Program-made: the position numbers and the translations under genes | Shown: in pieces, positions 20,123 through 30,169 of the stretch | Layout of the letters: the number at the start of each line of letters is the position of its first letter | Numbering within the stretch: position 1 is the first letter of the stretch | Notes under the pieces: generated by a model | Databases searched by the model: none | Told to the model about the DNA's origin: nothing | What the model saw: only the letters and a program-made list of their open reading frames with translations | Assembly (NCBI GenBank): GCA_016788705.1 | Contig: JAEUSQ010000038.1 | Span: 2,194 to 66,193 of the forward strand | Origin: Bacteroidota Order II. bacterium | GTDB lineage: Bacteria > Bacteroidota > Rhodothermia > Rhodothermales > UBA2364 | Length of the DNA stretch: 64,000 bases | Direction: 5' to 3'

Positions 20123-20932
20123 ATGATCAAAAACCCCTACATTCAAGATCGTTATTTTCGATGGTCGGTTTTGGTTTTTTTGGGAACCATTGCCTTCAGT
20201 TTGATAGGCATGTTGCTCCTCTACATCCCGCCTGTTACGGCTTTTTTTGCACCTATACTATCTTGGCTCATCAAAATTCCTACGTGGATCTACATGTTGT
20301 TAATGCCCGTTACGGTTTGGCTGCTCTATTATCCACATTTGGGGCTTCATAAATCCCTCTTCTTTTTAAGTTGGGCGGTTTTTGTAGGAACCGTGATGGA
20401 ACTTTTGGGGACCGCCACCGGATTTCCATTTGGAAAATACTTTTATACCGATCTGTTAGGTCCTAAGATTTTGGATCTTGTCCCGTATTTCATCCCACCA
20501 GCATGGTACGCTATGGGTCTTTTATCTTTCGATTTGGCCACTCGCCTATCGCTTAAAGGCATGCAGCGTGTATTGGCGGCTTCTTTGTTTATGGTTTTGT
20601 GGGATTTCAGCTTAGACCCGGCGATGAGTTATGCCCAGACCTTTTGGGTGTTTCCTGATGGCGGTTTTTTCTTTGGAATGCCTCCGGAGAACTGGCTGGG
20701 GTGGTTTGTATCGGCCCTGATTATTATGGTAGGGTTTGAGTATCTGGGGCATGGCATCCGCCCCACCCTCACCCCATGGGTGCCCCGGCTTTGGTTTCTA
20801 AATGCTGCTTTTCCATTTTTGGTCTCGTTGGTTTCCTTAAAAGTAGCGGCCTTCGGGTTTGGCCTCTTTGCTTCCATTATCCCACTTTTGGCCGTTTGGG
20901 CTTATGAACACCAAGTAACAGCAGAGGAATAG
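20123..20932 (+). CDS. Carotenoid biosynthesis membrane protein (Caroten_synth/DUF422, CruF-like hydratase family)
   Basis: Polytopic protein with LGTATGFPFGKYFYTDLLGPKI, the hallmark G-x-x-TG-x-PFG-x-Y-x-Y of this family. It is adjacent to crtB. Confidence 0.65.
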   Translation: MIKNPYIQDRYFRWSVLVFLGTIAFSLIGMLLLYIPPVTAFFAPILSWLIKIPTWIYMLLMPVTVWLLYYPHLGLHKSLFFLSWAVFVGTVMELLGTATGFPFGKYFYTDLLGPKILDLVPYFIPPAWYAMGLLSFDLATRLSLKGMQRVLAASLFMVLWDFSLDPAMSYAQTFWVFPDGGFFFGMPPENWLGWFVSALIIMVGFEYLGHGIRPTLTPWVPRLWFLNAAFPFLVSLVSLKVAAFGFGLFASIIPLLAVWAYEHQVTAEE

Positions 20933-20936
20933 CTCT

Positions 20937-21875
20937 ATGCTCCAGATGCCCCTCTCTGAAACTGCCATTTGGCAAGACTTTAGGCGTCACTCGCGCACGT
21001 TTTCAATGGCCACGCATCTTTTGCCCTCCGAAATTCGGATGCCCGTTGCTACCTTATACAGGTATTGTCGGATAATAGACAATATTGCGGATGAAATGGC
21101 CCTACGAGCAGGAAAAAAACAGGCGTTATCAGAATTGGCGCAGGTGGAAGACCATCTATTGGGTGTGTTTGCTGGAAAGCCTCCTACGGAACCCTTTTGG
21201 CGACGACTTTCGGTCATTCATGAGCAGTTTACCTTGTCACATAAGCCCATGCAAGAACTTATCGAAGGCGCGAGATGGGATCTGACAGATCAGAAAGTCT
21301 ATTCTGAAGACGACTTGCTTTCATACGCCAATTTGGTGGCTGGTTGTGTGGGTGCGATGATGTTGCCTTTTTTGGTACGGTCACAAGATGATCGGATGGT
21401 ATTAGAACCAACCGCACGCGCACTGGGCAACGCAATGCAAGTCACCAACATTATTCGCGATGTAGGGGAAGACATCCGTACCTTAGACCGCATCTACATT
21501 CCAGAAAGTTGGCTAAGCGAGTCTGGCTTTTCGCGCCAAACGTTATGCCAAGACCTGCCACCTGCTGGATATGCCCACCTCATGGAACGGATGATGCAGT
21601 TGGCCGAGCAACTTTACATAGAGGGATTTAAGGGGATTCATCGGCTTCCTGCACGTGTTCGGGGTGGTATTCGGGCTGCCGCAAGGTTGTACCGAGAAAT
21701 ATTGAACGAAGTGCGGCAAAACGAGTACAACAACCTAACCCGAAGGGCATACGTCCCCACAACCCGGAAAATACGCTTGGTATTGGACAATGATTATTAT
21801 CGTCGCAGAGATGCTTTGCTTCCCCATAATCATCCAAAAAGAATTTACCCTCCTTTGTTTTCTACGCCATCATGA
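20937..21875 (+). CDS. crtB: Phytoene/squalene synthase family protein
   Basis: YRYCRIIDNIADE (first Asp-rich motif), VTNIIRDVGEDI (second) and the typical SQS_PSY layout. Confidence 0.8.
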   Translation: MLQMPLSETAIWQDFRRHSRTFSMATHLLPSEIRMPVATLYRYCRIIDNIADEMALRAGKKQALSELAQVEDHLLGVFAGKPPTEPFWRRLSVIHEQFTLSHKPMQELIEGARWDLTDQKVYSEDDLLSYANLVAGCVGAMMLPFLVRSQDDRMVLEPTARALGNAMQVTNIIRDVGEDIRTLDRIYIPESWLSESGFSRQTLCQDLPPAGYAHLMERMMQLAEQLYIEGFKGIHRLPARVRGGIRAAARLYREILNEVRQNEYNNLTRRAYVPTTRKIRLVLDNDYYRRRDALLPHNHPKRIYPPLFSTPS

Positions 21876-22549
21876 GGTTATCCCTTTTTAGCCGGTTTTG
21901 GAGTGCCGCCATGCGAAGAGGACTTCTGGATGGGATCGAACAAGTGGCACTATTTGGAGCAGAGCACCTAATCAATCAACCCACCCTCTTTTACCTTAAC
22001 CATCATACCCACTTTGATGGACACCTTGTCTGGCTGATGATTTATGAGATACGCCAACGACGCGGTGTTGTTTGGATGGAACGTTGGGAAGACTTCCCCT
22101 TTTTAGGACTTTTAGGCGGATTACCTTTTCCTCGGAACCAACCCAAGGCCCAAATCGAAACCATGAACCGAACAGTCGAACTCTTGGACAAACATCCTGA
22201 TTGGGATTTTTACATTTTTCCAGAAGCTCGCCAACATCCGCCAGAAGAGGGGGTGTTGCCTTTTTCTCCCAAAATCTTACAGCGCCTTTCCCGTAAAATG
22301 CCTCATTTGCTGCTTTGCCCTGTTGCCATTCATGTTACTTGGTGGACGGGTGAACGTCCAACCTTGTTGCTAAAGGTTGGCGAGGCCCATAACCAACCCG
22401 ATGGAAGGGAGGCCGAACGGCTACAAGAATTATTACATCAACTTACACAGCCCCAAACCGCCTCCCCGCGTATTGTATTGTCACATCCGATAAAACCAAA
22501 CAGGAACTTTCGGTGGATGCGGTACTTTTTTCGTCATTACCCCAAGTAG
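21872..22549 (+). CDS. PlsC-type (lysophospholipid) acyltransferase family protein
   Basis: H-x4-D motif in LNHHTHFDGH and the FPEARQ motif (block III-like). It has an ATGA 4-nt overlap with crtB. Confidence 0.65.
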   Translation: MRLSLFSRFWSAAMRRGLLDGIEQVALFGAEHLINQPTLFYLNHHTHFDGHLVWLMIYEIRQRRGVVWMERWEDFPFLGLLGGLPFPRNQPKAQIETMNRTVELLDKHPDWDFYIFPEARQHPPEEGVLPFSPKILQRLSRKMPHLLLCPVAIHVTWWTGERPTLLLKVGEAHNQPDGREAERLQELLHQLTQPQTASPRIVLSHPIKPNRNFRWMRYFFRHYPK

Positions 22550-22739
22550 TTTGCGTTCGTCCGCTGTTGAATCGTTCTAAAGCCCCTTTCGAGCATATTT
22601 TTAGACGAATCATTTTTTTACTCGCTTAGGTAAAAGTATATTCGGGTCTCCGAGCAGTTACCAAGGGTAATTGACTTTTTATAACCGGGGCAGGTTCGGC
22701 AATATTTGGTCTTGCACATTCTCCGTAACTCATCATCCT

Positions 22740-23702
22740 ATGCTAAAGTATTTTCTTTTATGTGTACTGTTCGCGAGCAGCGTACAAGCACAAACCCAGT
22801 GGATCGTGATCGGCTCGAACATTCGGGTTCGTCAGGCTTCTGATGTTTCGGCTACCGAATTAGGTAAATTGGGACTGGGCGTTATTGTGGTACAGAAAGG
22901 AAAATCGGTTACCAAAACAACCATTGGTGGAAAAACCGATTTTTGGTATCAGATCTCTACACCCACGCTAACGGGCTGGGTTTTTGGTGCCTTTCTTAAG
23001 CCCTATGTGGCTTCCCAAAAACAAGTCATTTATATGGAATTGGTGCGGTCTCGGCTTGCAACAGAGGCGACCAATTTTTTAGATGAAGCTGATTTGGTGG
23101 TGTTTACCGAGCGGGCTATTCGCGAGATAAAAAGTCCACCTTTGGTTGGTGAATTGGAAATGAGCCGCTTGCTTGCCCTTAAACGTGCAGCACCTTTGAT
23201 GCTCATGGATACCAACACCGGAACTTATCCGGAGCCTTATAAATCATGGGCCCAGCGCCATGAAGCCAAGTCCCTCTTCTATGACGAGATTTCGGCACAG
23301 TATTTATTAAAACCGGAAGTATTTTGGAATTTAGCCACCAAATACAAAAATGCTGCCATCGGAGAACGTATCGCTTGGGAGGCTTCTCAAGTACCATTAG
23401 GAGGTGAATGCGAAGGGGACCTTTCGTGTAACTTGGGTTATTTTAACGTCACTATTGGCGAATATCTACGCCGATATCCGAAGGGGGTTCATGTAAAGGA
23501 AGCCCTCAACCAAGTTTCAGAATGGCTATCGAGCATTTTACAATTGGAAGAACCATACATCAATGAGGTCTTTTATCCAGGGCAAAGAAAAGACTTTCAA
23601 TCCACCTACGATGCGTTTCGGCGAGCAGTAAATGGGACGGTGAACCCCATTAAAGCAGAGGTTTTGGATCTTCTTTCACAAATAGACCAGAAGGTGAACT
23701 AA
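22740..23702 (+). CDS. Secreted hypothetical protein with N-terminal SH3b-like domain
   Basis: The ATG at 22740 gives signal MLKYFLLCVLFASSVQAQ. IRVRQASDVSATELGKLGLGVIVV...FWYQIS...GWVFGAFL is SH3b-like. The rest is unrecognised. Confidence 0.5.
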   Translation: MLKYFLLCVLFASSVQAQTQWIVIGSNIRVRQASDVSATELGKLGLGVIVVQKGKSVTKTTIGGKTDFWYQISTPTLTGWVFGAFLKPYVASQKQVIYMELVRSRLATEATNFLDEADLVVFTERAIREIKSPPLVGELEMSRLLALKRAAPLMLMDTNTGTYPEPYKSWAQRHEAKSLFYDEISAQYLLKPEVFWNLATKYKNAAIGERIAWEASQVPLGGECEGDLSCNLGYFNVTIGEYLRRYPKGVHVKEALNQVSEWLSSILQLEEPYINEVFYPGQRKDFQSTYDAFRRAVNGTVNPIKAEVLDLLSQIDQKVN

Positions 23703-23730
23703 GGGCACTCGTTCCCATTTCATGATTCCG

Positions 23731-23758
23731 GAGTCTGCCCAGTGCAGGCTCTTTTTTT
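23731..23758 (+). terminator. Rho-independent terminator
   Basis: GAGTCTGC (23731-38) pairs with GCAGGCTC (23744-51, one G-U pair) and is followed by TTTTTTT. Confidence 0.7.
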
Positions 23759-23782
23759 GATACGCAGGCATACGCATAAAGC

Positions 23783-26242
23783 ATGAAGCTATATCCACAA
23801 AACATTGAACAAAAACTGGGGTTTGATGTACTCCGACAAAAATTAGATGCCTATACGCTCAGTCGGATGGGCCAAGAACGGGTAGAGGAGATGCTACCAA
23901 GTACCTCCATTCGGGTTGTTCAGCATAGCCTCCGTCAGGTTTCGGAGGCCCAGGCCCTCCTCACCTTCGACGATGCGTTGCCACTCACCGCCTTGCCAGA
24001 CATCCGCGAAGTGGTTCGTTTCATTTTACCGGAAGGTGCGTTTATGCAGCCAGAAGCCCTTTTGGGTGTTGGGCATATCGTGGGAAATACCCGTCGCCTG
24101 AAGTCATATCTGGAGGCACGAAGAACCAAATACCCTGCCTTACAAGAAGTTGCATTGGGACTCTACCCACAAAAAACGTTAGAGCGACGCATTGGTGAAA
24201 CAGTGGACGATACCGGACAAATCAAGGACGATGCCTCCCCGGAATTGCGGCGCATTCGTCGGAATCTCTTGCGTATTCAAGGTGAACTCAGGTCGCGTGT
24301 GATGGCCGAACTCCGACGGGCAGAAAAAGAGGGCTTTGCTGCGGATGACCAGCCCACGATCCGAAATGGCCGCTTGGTTATTCCGGTAAAGGCAGAGGCC
24401 AAACGAAAAGTGACCGGATTCCTTCATGATGTCTCGGCAACGGGGCATACGGCATACATCGAGCCTGCCGCCGTCATGGAACTAAACAACGATCTTCGCG
24501 AACTTGAAACCGAGGAAAGGCGTGAAATTGAACGGATTCTACGCGATGTCTGTACCGAACTAAGAAGTGTGGCCCCAGCCCTCTTAAACAGTGTGGAAAC
24601 ATTAGGCGAATTCGACTTTGTCTTGGCGAAGGCGCGGCTGGCGAATGCCTTGGGCGGAACGGTTCCACAACTGAATGAACAAGGGATTTTTAAGCTCAAA
24701 AAAGCCAAAAACCCAATGCTGGTTTTGCGGTATGCGCAGGAGAAAAAAAACATTATACCATTAGACCTCACTTTGGGCGAAGATTTCCGTTCCCTCATCA
24801 TTACCGGGCCTAATGCAGGCGGCAAATCGGTAGCCATGAAGACCGTAGGATTATTGGCGCTGATGGTGGCCTACGGTCTGCCTATTCCATGCCATGGCGA
24901 TGCCTCGGATGTATGTTTATTTCAGGCTGTTTTTGCCGATATAGGCGACGAACAAAGCATTGAAAATGACCTTTCCACGTTTAGCTCACACCTTACCCAT
25001 TTGCGCCACATGTTGACCGAGGCAAATGCCCGCACCTTGATTATGATTGATGAAGCGGGAACCGGAACCGATCCCTCCGAGGGAGTGGCTTTATCGCAAT
25101 CCATGCTCGAACATTTTCATCGCCTTGGGGCAACGGTCATCGTCACCACCCATCACGGGGCACTAAAGGTTTTTGCCCACGAAACGCCTGGTGTAGAAAA
25201 TGGGGCCATGAGCTTCGATGAAGCCAATATCACGCCCACTTATCGCCTCCAAACAGGTATTCCGGGGTCGTCTTATGCCTTTGAAATGGCCGAACGCCTT
25301 CACATACCCACCGCCATTATCGAGCGGGCGCGTGGATTAATGGGAACTCAGCAGGCCTCTTTTGAAAACCTTTTACATGATTTTGCGCGTAAGAACGAAG
25401 ACTTATCGGCACAACTAAAAAAACTTTCGGAAGAAAAAGCTGCATTAGAAGCCAGCCGTAACCAATACGAAACACGCCGTCTTCATCTCGAGCAAGTGAA
25501 AGACCAAATTCGTAAAGACGCCCTCAACGAAGCACAAAAGGTTTTGGATCAGGCGAATGCCGAAGTAGAACGCACCATCCGGGAAATTCGGGAAGCCCAG
25601 GCCGAAGCGGAACGAACCAAAATGGCCCGTCAACAACTTGAAGCAACCAAAGACCTTGTAAAACGGTATCAAACCAACTTGGAAAAGCGCGTACAGGCCC
25701 GTGAAGTCTTGCAAGAAGCCCAACGCCAAAAATCTCCGCCAGCCAACGAACCCAAAAAGGCACCCAAAAAACCAGAGGCCCTGTCAACCACCATTCGGGT
25801 AGGAGATCAAGTGGTTGTCGGAGAAGGAACCACCCCAGCCGAAGTATTGGAAATTGTGGGCAATAATGCCTTGGTGGCCCAAGGCTCGATGAAAATAAAA
25901 GCCAAATTGAACCAATTACGCAAAGTGGCAGGACGGCAAAAACAAACCGTAACCGTCCGACACCAATATGCCAGTACCGACGCTTTATCCACGGGCCGTG
26001 CCCGCATCCATTTAGACATTCGTGGCCAACGTGTGGAAGACGCCAAAATGATCGTAACACAATTTTTAGACGATGCTGTGGCTGCCAACCTGAACCGATT
26101 GGAAATTCTACATGGAACAGGTACAGGTGCGCTCCGATTGGCGCTCAAAGACTTGCTGTCCCACTACAATGGTGTTTCGCGGTTCGAGGAAGCCCCCTGG
26201 GATTTGGGGGGGCCTGGTGTCACCTATGTCTGGCTGGATTAG
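23783..26242 (+). CDS. mutS2: Endonuclease MutS2 (MutS ATPase plus C-terminal Smr)
   Basis: 819 aa. Walker A GPNAGGKS, Walker B MIDEAGTGTDP, a long coiled-coil and an Smr tail (LDIRGQRVEDA...ILHGTGTGALR). Confidence 0.93.
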   Translation: MKLYPQNIEQKLGFDVLRQKLDAYTLSRMGQERVEEMLPSTSIRVVQHSLRQVSEAQALLTFDDALPLTALPDIREVVRFILPEGAFMQPEALLGVGHIVGNTRRLKSYLEARRTKYPALQEVALGLYPQKTLERRIGETVDDTGQIKDDASPELRRIRRNLLRIQGELRSRVMAELRRAEKEGFAADDQPTIRNGRLVIPVKAEAKRKVTGFLHDVSATGHTAYIEPAAVMELNNDLRELETEERREIERILRDVCTELRSVAPALLNSVETLGEFDFVLAKARLANALGGTVPQLNEQGIFKLKKAKNPMLVLRYAQEKKNIIPLDLTLGEDFRSLIITGPNAGGKSVAMKTVGLLALMVAYGLPIPCHGDASDVCLFQAVFADIGDEQSIENDLSTFSSHLTHLRHMLTEANARTLIMIDEAGTGTDPSEGVALSQSMLEHFHRLGATVIVTTHHGALKVFAHETPGVENGAMSFDEANITPTYRLQTGIPGSSYAFEMAERLHIPTAIIERARGLMGTQQASFENLLHDFARKNEDLSAQLKKLSEEKAALEASRNQYETRRLHLEQVKDQIRKDALNEAQKVLDQANAEVERTIREIREAQAEAERTKMARQQLEATKDLVKRYQTNLEKRVQAREVLQEAQRQKSPPANEPKKAPKKPEALSTTIRVGDQVVVGEGTTPAEVLEIVGNNALVAQGSMKIKAKLNQLRKVAGRQKQTVTVRHQYASTDALSTGRARIHLDIRGQRVEDAKMIVTQFLDDAVAANLNRLEILHGTGTGALRLALKDLLSHYNGVSRFEEAPWDLGGPGVTYVWLD

Positions 26243-27203
26243 GTTCGTTCTTGACCTGAATGATTTCAGCGGCGATGCTCACAGCAATCTCCATCGGAGT
26301 TTTTGAGTGTATTGGAAGGCCAATGGGTGTATGTACTAACGCCAATGCCTGTTCAGAAAACCCTTCTTTTCGGAGTTTATGAAGGAGTGTTTTCATTTTA
26401 GCAACACTTCCTAGAACACCCAAATACGCAAATGTCTTCCCCAGTAGCTGCCGCATCACAACCTCATCGGTATGGAAACCCAGCGTCATCACCACCACAT
26501 AGTGCTGAGCGCCTTCGGGAATGTATGAGGAGATGGTGGTATAATCCAAAATCGTGACCTCTTCGGTAAAATGATTTGCGGCTATTGTGTTCAAGTGGGG
26601 GCGGTTATCAAACAAGCGGACACAAAATCCCAGTTTTGCCATCAGTTCCGACAAGGCAAGACCACAATGCCCACCACCAATTAGAAATAACTGCGGTCGC
26701 TGATCCAATCTCTCGGTGTACGTAAAACCATCTGCCGAGCGGTCAAATTCCGAGGTTAAGACCGACGTTTTTGCTACCAAGTGCAAACCTGTGGGAGTGA
26801 TTCTAAGCCCTGTATTTTGGTATTGAAAGCAGTTTAATATTTTATTAACCACCAATAAGTCTTTATGAAACAAAGACATAAACACTATCATCTGTTCGCC
26901 AGAGCAAATCATCCCACTGGCTTCGGGGGCATTTTTTCGATGTACTTGTTTGCGTAAAATGGTTGTCACTTCGGCAGCATCAAGCCGCTTCCGGGCTTCT
27001 GCGACCATATTCATCTCCATTATCCCACCGCCAATGCTTCCCCAGAGCGTTTCTTTGGTGACTGCCATTTTAAAGCCTGCCCTCCCCGGACTACTTCCGC
27101 TGCTTTGCACTACCACCATTAGCTGAACCACTTGTCTGCGCGAGAGTTCTTCAGCAACTTTTTTCCAGAAATCGGTGGTTTCATAACGAGGTGAGGGCTT
27201 CAT
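26220..27203 (-). CDS. XdhC/CoxI-family molybdoenzyme maturation accessory protein
   Basis: The N-terminal XdhC_CoxI pattern (VVQSSGSSPGRAGFKMAV...WGSIGGG) and C-terminal Rossmann domain (LFLIGGGHCGLALSELMAKLGF) are present. Confidence 0.8.
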   Translation of the reverse strand: MKPSPRYETTDFWKKVAEELSRRQVVQLMVVVQSSGSSPGRAGFKMAVTKETLWGSIGGGIMEMNMVAEARKRLDAAEVTTILRKQVHRKNAPEASGMICSGEQMIVFMSLFHKDLLVVNKILNCFQYQNTGLRITPTGLHLVAKTSVLTSEFDRSADGFTYTERLDQRPQLFLIGGGHCGLALSELMAKLGFCVRLFDNRPHLNTIAANHFTEEVTILDYTTISSYIPEGAQHYVVVMTLGFHTDEVVMRQLLGKTFAYLGVLGSVAKMKTLLHKLRKEGFSEQALALVHTPIGLPIHSKTPMEIAVSIAAEIIQVKNEPNPARHR

Positions 27204-27823
27204 AACGGATTATTATTTTCAGGATTATGCACATACGTGTATATCCAGTGGTGGAGGTCGGAGGTGAGAAGGGTTTTGTCTAACCGAAACGCACCGCCGG
27301 CCATGATCGCCTCGTGGCACGTTGGGTTGTAATAGAGAATGGTTAAAGGGCGGTCATTACGTAACAACGAAGCCATAACATGGCGCATCACACACGACAT
27401 CACCGACTCTGGGAACGGATTAAAAAAGTATAGGTGCGAAAATCGGTCAAAGTCGGTAAAGGTTTTGGCATCCGCATGATGAATAAAGATGTCTTGGCGA
27501 AGAATTTGCATGTTTCTACGGGCAATATCCACCAATCGTTCAGACAATTCCACCCCCTCTACCGTTCCAAATCCTGCCTTTTGGAATAAGAGGAGGGCCG
27601 CCCCTTTTCCGCAACCCACGTCAAGGAGGGCATCGTTTTTACGTGGCTTCAGTTCCTTCAGCAAGCGCTTCAGTTCCGGAAGTTCGGCAGACGACGCATA
27701 CCAATATCCTTGTTCAAGTGGTACGCCTGTCTCATCGTTATACATATTCACCATCAAATCTAAACCCCGCCATGTGTGCAGCATGTGCCGAATTTTTCGC
27801 TTTAGGCGTTGGAAATCATTCAT
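27200..27823 (-). CDS. Class I SAM-dependent methyltransferase
   Basis: Motif I LLDVGCGKGAALL, then GVELS and a post-II acidic residue. Its stop overlaps the XdhC start (ATGA). Confidence 0.75.
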   Translation of the reverse strand: MNDFQRLKRKIRHMLHTWRGLDLMVNMYNDETGVPLEQGYWYASSAELPELKRLLKELKPRKNDALLDVGCGKGAALLLFQKAGFGTVEGVELSERLVDIARRNMQILRQDIFIHHADAKTFTDFDRFSHLYFFNPFPESVMSCVMRHVMASLLRNDRPLTILYYNPTCHEAIMAGGAFRLDKTLLTSDLHHWIYTYVHNPENNNPL

Positions 27824-27869
27824 CAGACAACTTACCTTGTTGGTTGTTTAAAGTAGGAACCCGGAAGAT

Positions 27870-28376
27870 ATGACAAATCACTTCTTTTTTTATTTAGATG
27901 CCCCCATCGGACCACTTGAAATTCGGGCAAATGACCAATTTGTCACAGCCCTTTATTTTGAGGGCGGAAAGGGGGCCTCGCCCATTCGCCAACCATCAAG
28001 CCCCGATCTGCCACCTCACCTCCAGACAGCCATAGAGGAACTTAATGCCTATTTTTCCGGACGGCTACGCACGTTTTCTTTCCCCATGCAGCAAACCGGA
28101 ACCAATTTCCAACTGCGGGTTTGGCAGGAACTGATGCATATTCCCTACGGGGAAACCCTTTCATACCTTGAACTATCACAGCGCATCGGAGACACCAAAG
28201 CCATACGGGCTGTTGGCACAGCGAATGGTCGAAACAACCTCAGTATTGTTGTTCCATGCCACCGCGTGATCGGAAAGAATGGCCAACTTACTGGATATGG
28301 TGGGGGAATTTGGCGCAAAGACTGGCTTTTAAATCACGAAGCCAAATGGGCGAAAGGGGTACTTACCTTGTTTTAA
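27870..28376 (+). CDS. ogt: Methylated-DNA--protein-cysteine methyltransferase
   Basis: Active site IVVPCHRVIG, preceded by IPYGETLSYLELSQRIG...AVGTANGRN. Confidence 0.9.
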   Translation: MTNHFFFYLDAPIGPLEIRANDQFVTALYFEGGKGASPIRQPSSPDLPPHLQTAIEELNAYFSGRLRTFSFPMQQTGTNFQLRVWQELMHIPYGETLSYLELSQRIGDTKAIRAVGTANGRNNLSIVVPCHRVIGKNGQLTGYGGGIWRKDWLLNHEAKWAKGVLTLF

Positions 28377-28695
28377 AAGCGGGGAAATGCATTACTGTTA
28401 TCGCTAGAGAGCGGTCTCAAAAAAAAAACGAGTATAAAGCCGAGGCAAGATGGGCCATGCCACGCTTTTGGATGCTTTGCGACGTTCATCAATCCATTTG
28501 CCTTAAATTTTGTTTTTACAAACTTAAAAGGTGATCTAAGACACTATGGGAGAGAACTGTCCGAAGAAAAAGAGTGGTTGTGGTTTTGGCGTATAGGGAC
28601 AACTTCCACTGTTTTTTTTAGAAACCATCGTTTCATCGTAAAATCAATACCGTATATTTTTGTCAAGGACACCTTTTAATCAATCGTAAAAAACT

Positions 28696-29715
28696 ATGAA
28701 ACAAGGACAGGTTCTCTTGCTCACCTCGATACTGGCCGCCATGCTGGTAATGGGCTATTTTGCAGGCATTTTCGGTGGGCAGGAGTCAACTGTTAAGCTT
28801 CCTAATTGGGGCATCAAGCCCGAAGAAATTGACGCCATCGAAATTCGTGTGACGGGTCAAGACACGTTAAAACTGCTAAAAGGTGCAGCAGGATGGCACA
28901 TAACCAGCCCCCAACAAAGTCCAGCGGACTCACTCGCCATTGTCAGGCTATTAGACCAAATTGTGGCCCTTAAACCAGAAAGTATTGTGGCCAATTCGCC
29001 CGACAGATACGCCGCTTATGGGGTCGCATCCTCTGCCCGAACCATCGTACTCACGCTTGGAAAAAATACCAGAACCCTCATTTTAGGGAACACCACCGTA
29101 GATGGCGCCTCATTTTTCCTACGGATAGGCAATGATCCACAAGTCATTCAGGCAAGAGGCAACCTTTCTACCAATGCCAATGTGTCGGATTGGCGTTCTA
29201 CAACGGTCCTCCGGTTACCCATCTCGACCATTCAGCGGATTTCGGTCTCTATACCCGATGAAAAATATGAAGTGGTCAACAGCAATGGTCGTTGGCAATT
29301 GATCCGGAATGGCATTGGAACCACTGCCGACACCCTTAGCACCGTTAAATGGCTCCGCCGATTAGGCGCATTAAAGGCTGATGCCTTTGTGACGGAAGTT
29401 CAAGCGAACGCCCTGAAAACAGAAGGCACCCATTTGTTACGCATTCAAACAACCACCGGACAAACGCGCGAGCTTGTCTTAAAAGAATCTGCAAGTGGAG
29501 ACGTGCTCGGAACATTAGATGGAATCAAGGATGTTTTCCGGCTTTCCCCTACACAGTTACCGCTCATTGCCCCAGAATCCGGCCAGCTTTCTCGCGAAAC
29601 AACTACTACTTCGGGAACCACTACCTCTCCACCTATGCACGGCCCTACCCAAACCCAGCCGCTAAAAAAATCGCGAAGAGGAGAGGAGGGCGAAGAAGGC
29701 TTGCTTTTACCCTAA
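28696..29715 (+). CDS. DUF4340-like membrane-anchored protein
   Basis: N-terminal TM. The repeated pattern I..IEI....DTLKL.K...GW.ITSP...PADS..V..LLD.I..LK....V...P..YA.YGV is typical of DUF4340. Low-complexity acidic tail. Confidence 0.55.
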   Translation: MKQGQVLLLTSILAAMLVMGYFAGIFGGQESTVKLPNWGIKPEEIDAIEIRVTGQDTLKLLKGAAGWHITSPQQSPADSLAIVRLLDQIVALKPESIVANSPDRYAAYGVASSARTIVLTLGKNTRTLILGNTTVDGASFFLRIGNDPQVIQARGNLSTNANVSDWRSTTVLRLPISTIQRISVSIPDEKYEVVNSNGRWQLIRNGIGTTADTLSTVKWLRRLGALKADAFVTEVQANALKTEGTHLLRIQTTTGQTRELVLKESASGDVLGTLDGIKDVFRLSPTQLPLIAPESGQLSRETTTTSGTTTSPPMHGPTQTQPLKKSRRGEEGEEGLLLP

Positions 29716-29752
29716 TTCCTAAGAAAACACTTCACAAAGCAAGGGCTTGATT

Positions 29753-29774
29753 TATACATTATAATATTTGTATA
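29753..29774. promoter_or_regulatory. AT-rich imperfect palindrome, candidate ArsR-type operator/promoter
   Basis: TATACATTATAATATTTGTATA has outer arms TATACA/TGTATA and lies 24 nt upstream of the arsR-like ATG. Confidence 0.3.
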
Positions 29775-29797
29775 TTTCGATTAATCAATAAAATAAG

Positions 29798-30142
29798 ATG
29801 GGTGCAATCAATACCGAATCATTTAGCGTTCCACAAAACGAGTTGGCCAGTTTTGCACGTATTCTGGCCCACCCAGCGCGGATTGCCATATTGGAACAAC
29901 TGATGGAGCGTGGCGCCACACATTGCGGCAAATTAGACTTGCCCTTAGCACAGCCCACCATTTCTGCACACTTAAAGGAACTGCGCCAAATAGGACTGGT
30001 CTATGGAAAAGTGGAAGGCACTTCGGTCTGTTATTGTATCAATCTGGAAGCATGGGAGCGGATGCGCGAGGATTTCGAGGTCTTCTTTGCCAAATTGCGC
30101 TATGTAGAGACCCTCCATGCGCCCTCCAAACTTAATCATTAA
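29798..30142 (+). CDS. ArsR/SmtB-family winged-helix transcriptional regulator
   Basis: FARILAHPARIAILEQL...C.KLDLPLAQPTISAHLKELRQIGLV is the ArsR HTH_5 pattern. Confidence 0.8.
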   Translation: MGAINTESFSVPQNELASFARILAHPARIAILEQLMERGATHCGKLDLPLAQPTISAHLKELRQIGLVYGKVEGTSVCYCINLEAWERMREDFEVFFAKLRYVETLHAPSKLNH

Positions 30143-30169
30143 CATACATCAACCTAAACATATAAAAAA

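Noticed and set aside
28256-28534. 92-aa ORF spanning the ogt 3' end and the following intergenic region; also 47428..47760 and 37892..38098
   Set aside because: These ORFs overlap real genes or terminators, have no ribosome-binding or start context, and have no recognisable domains.
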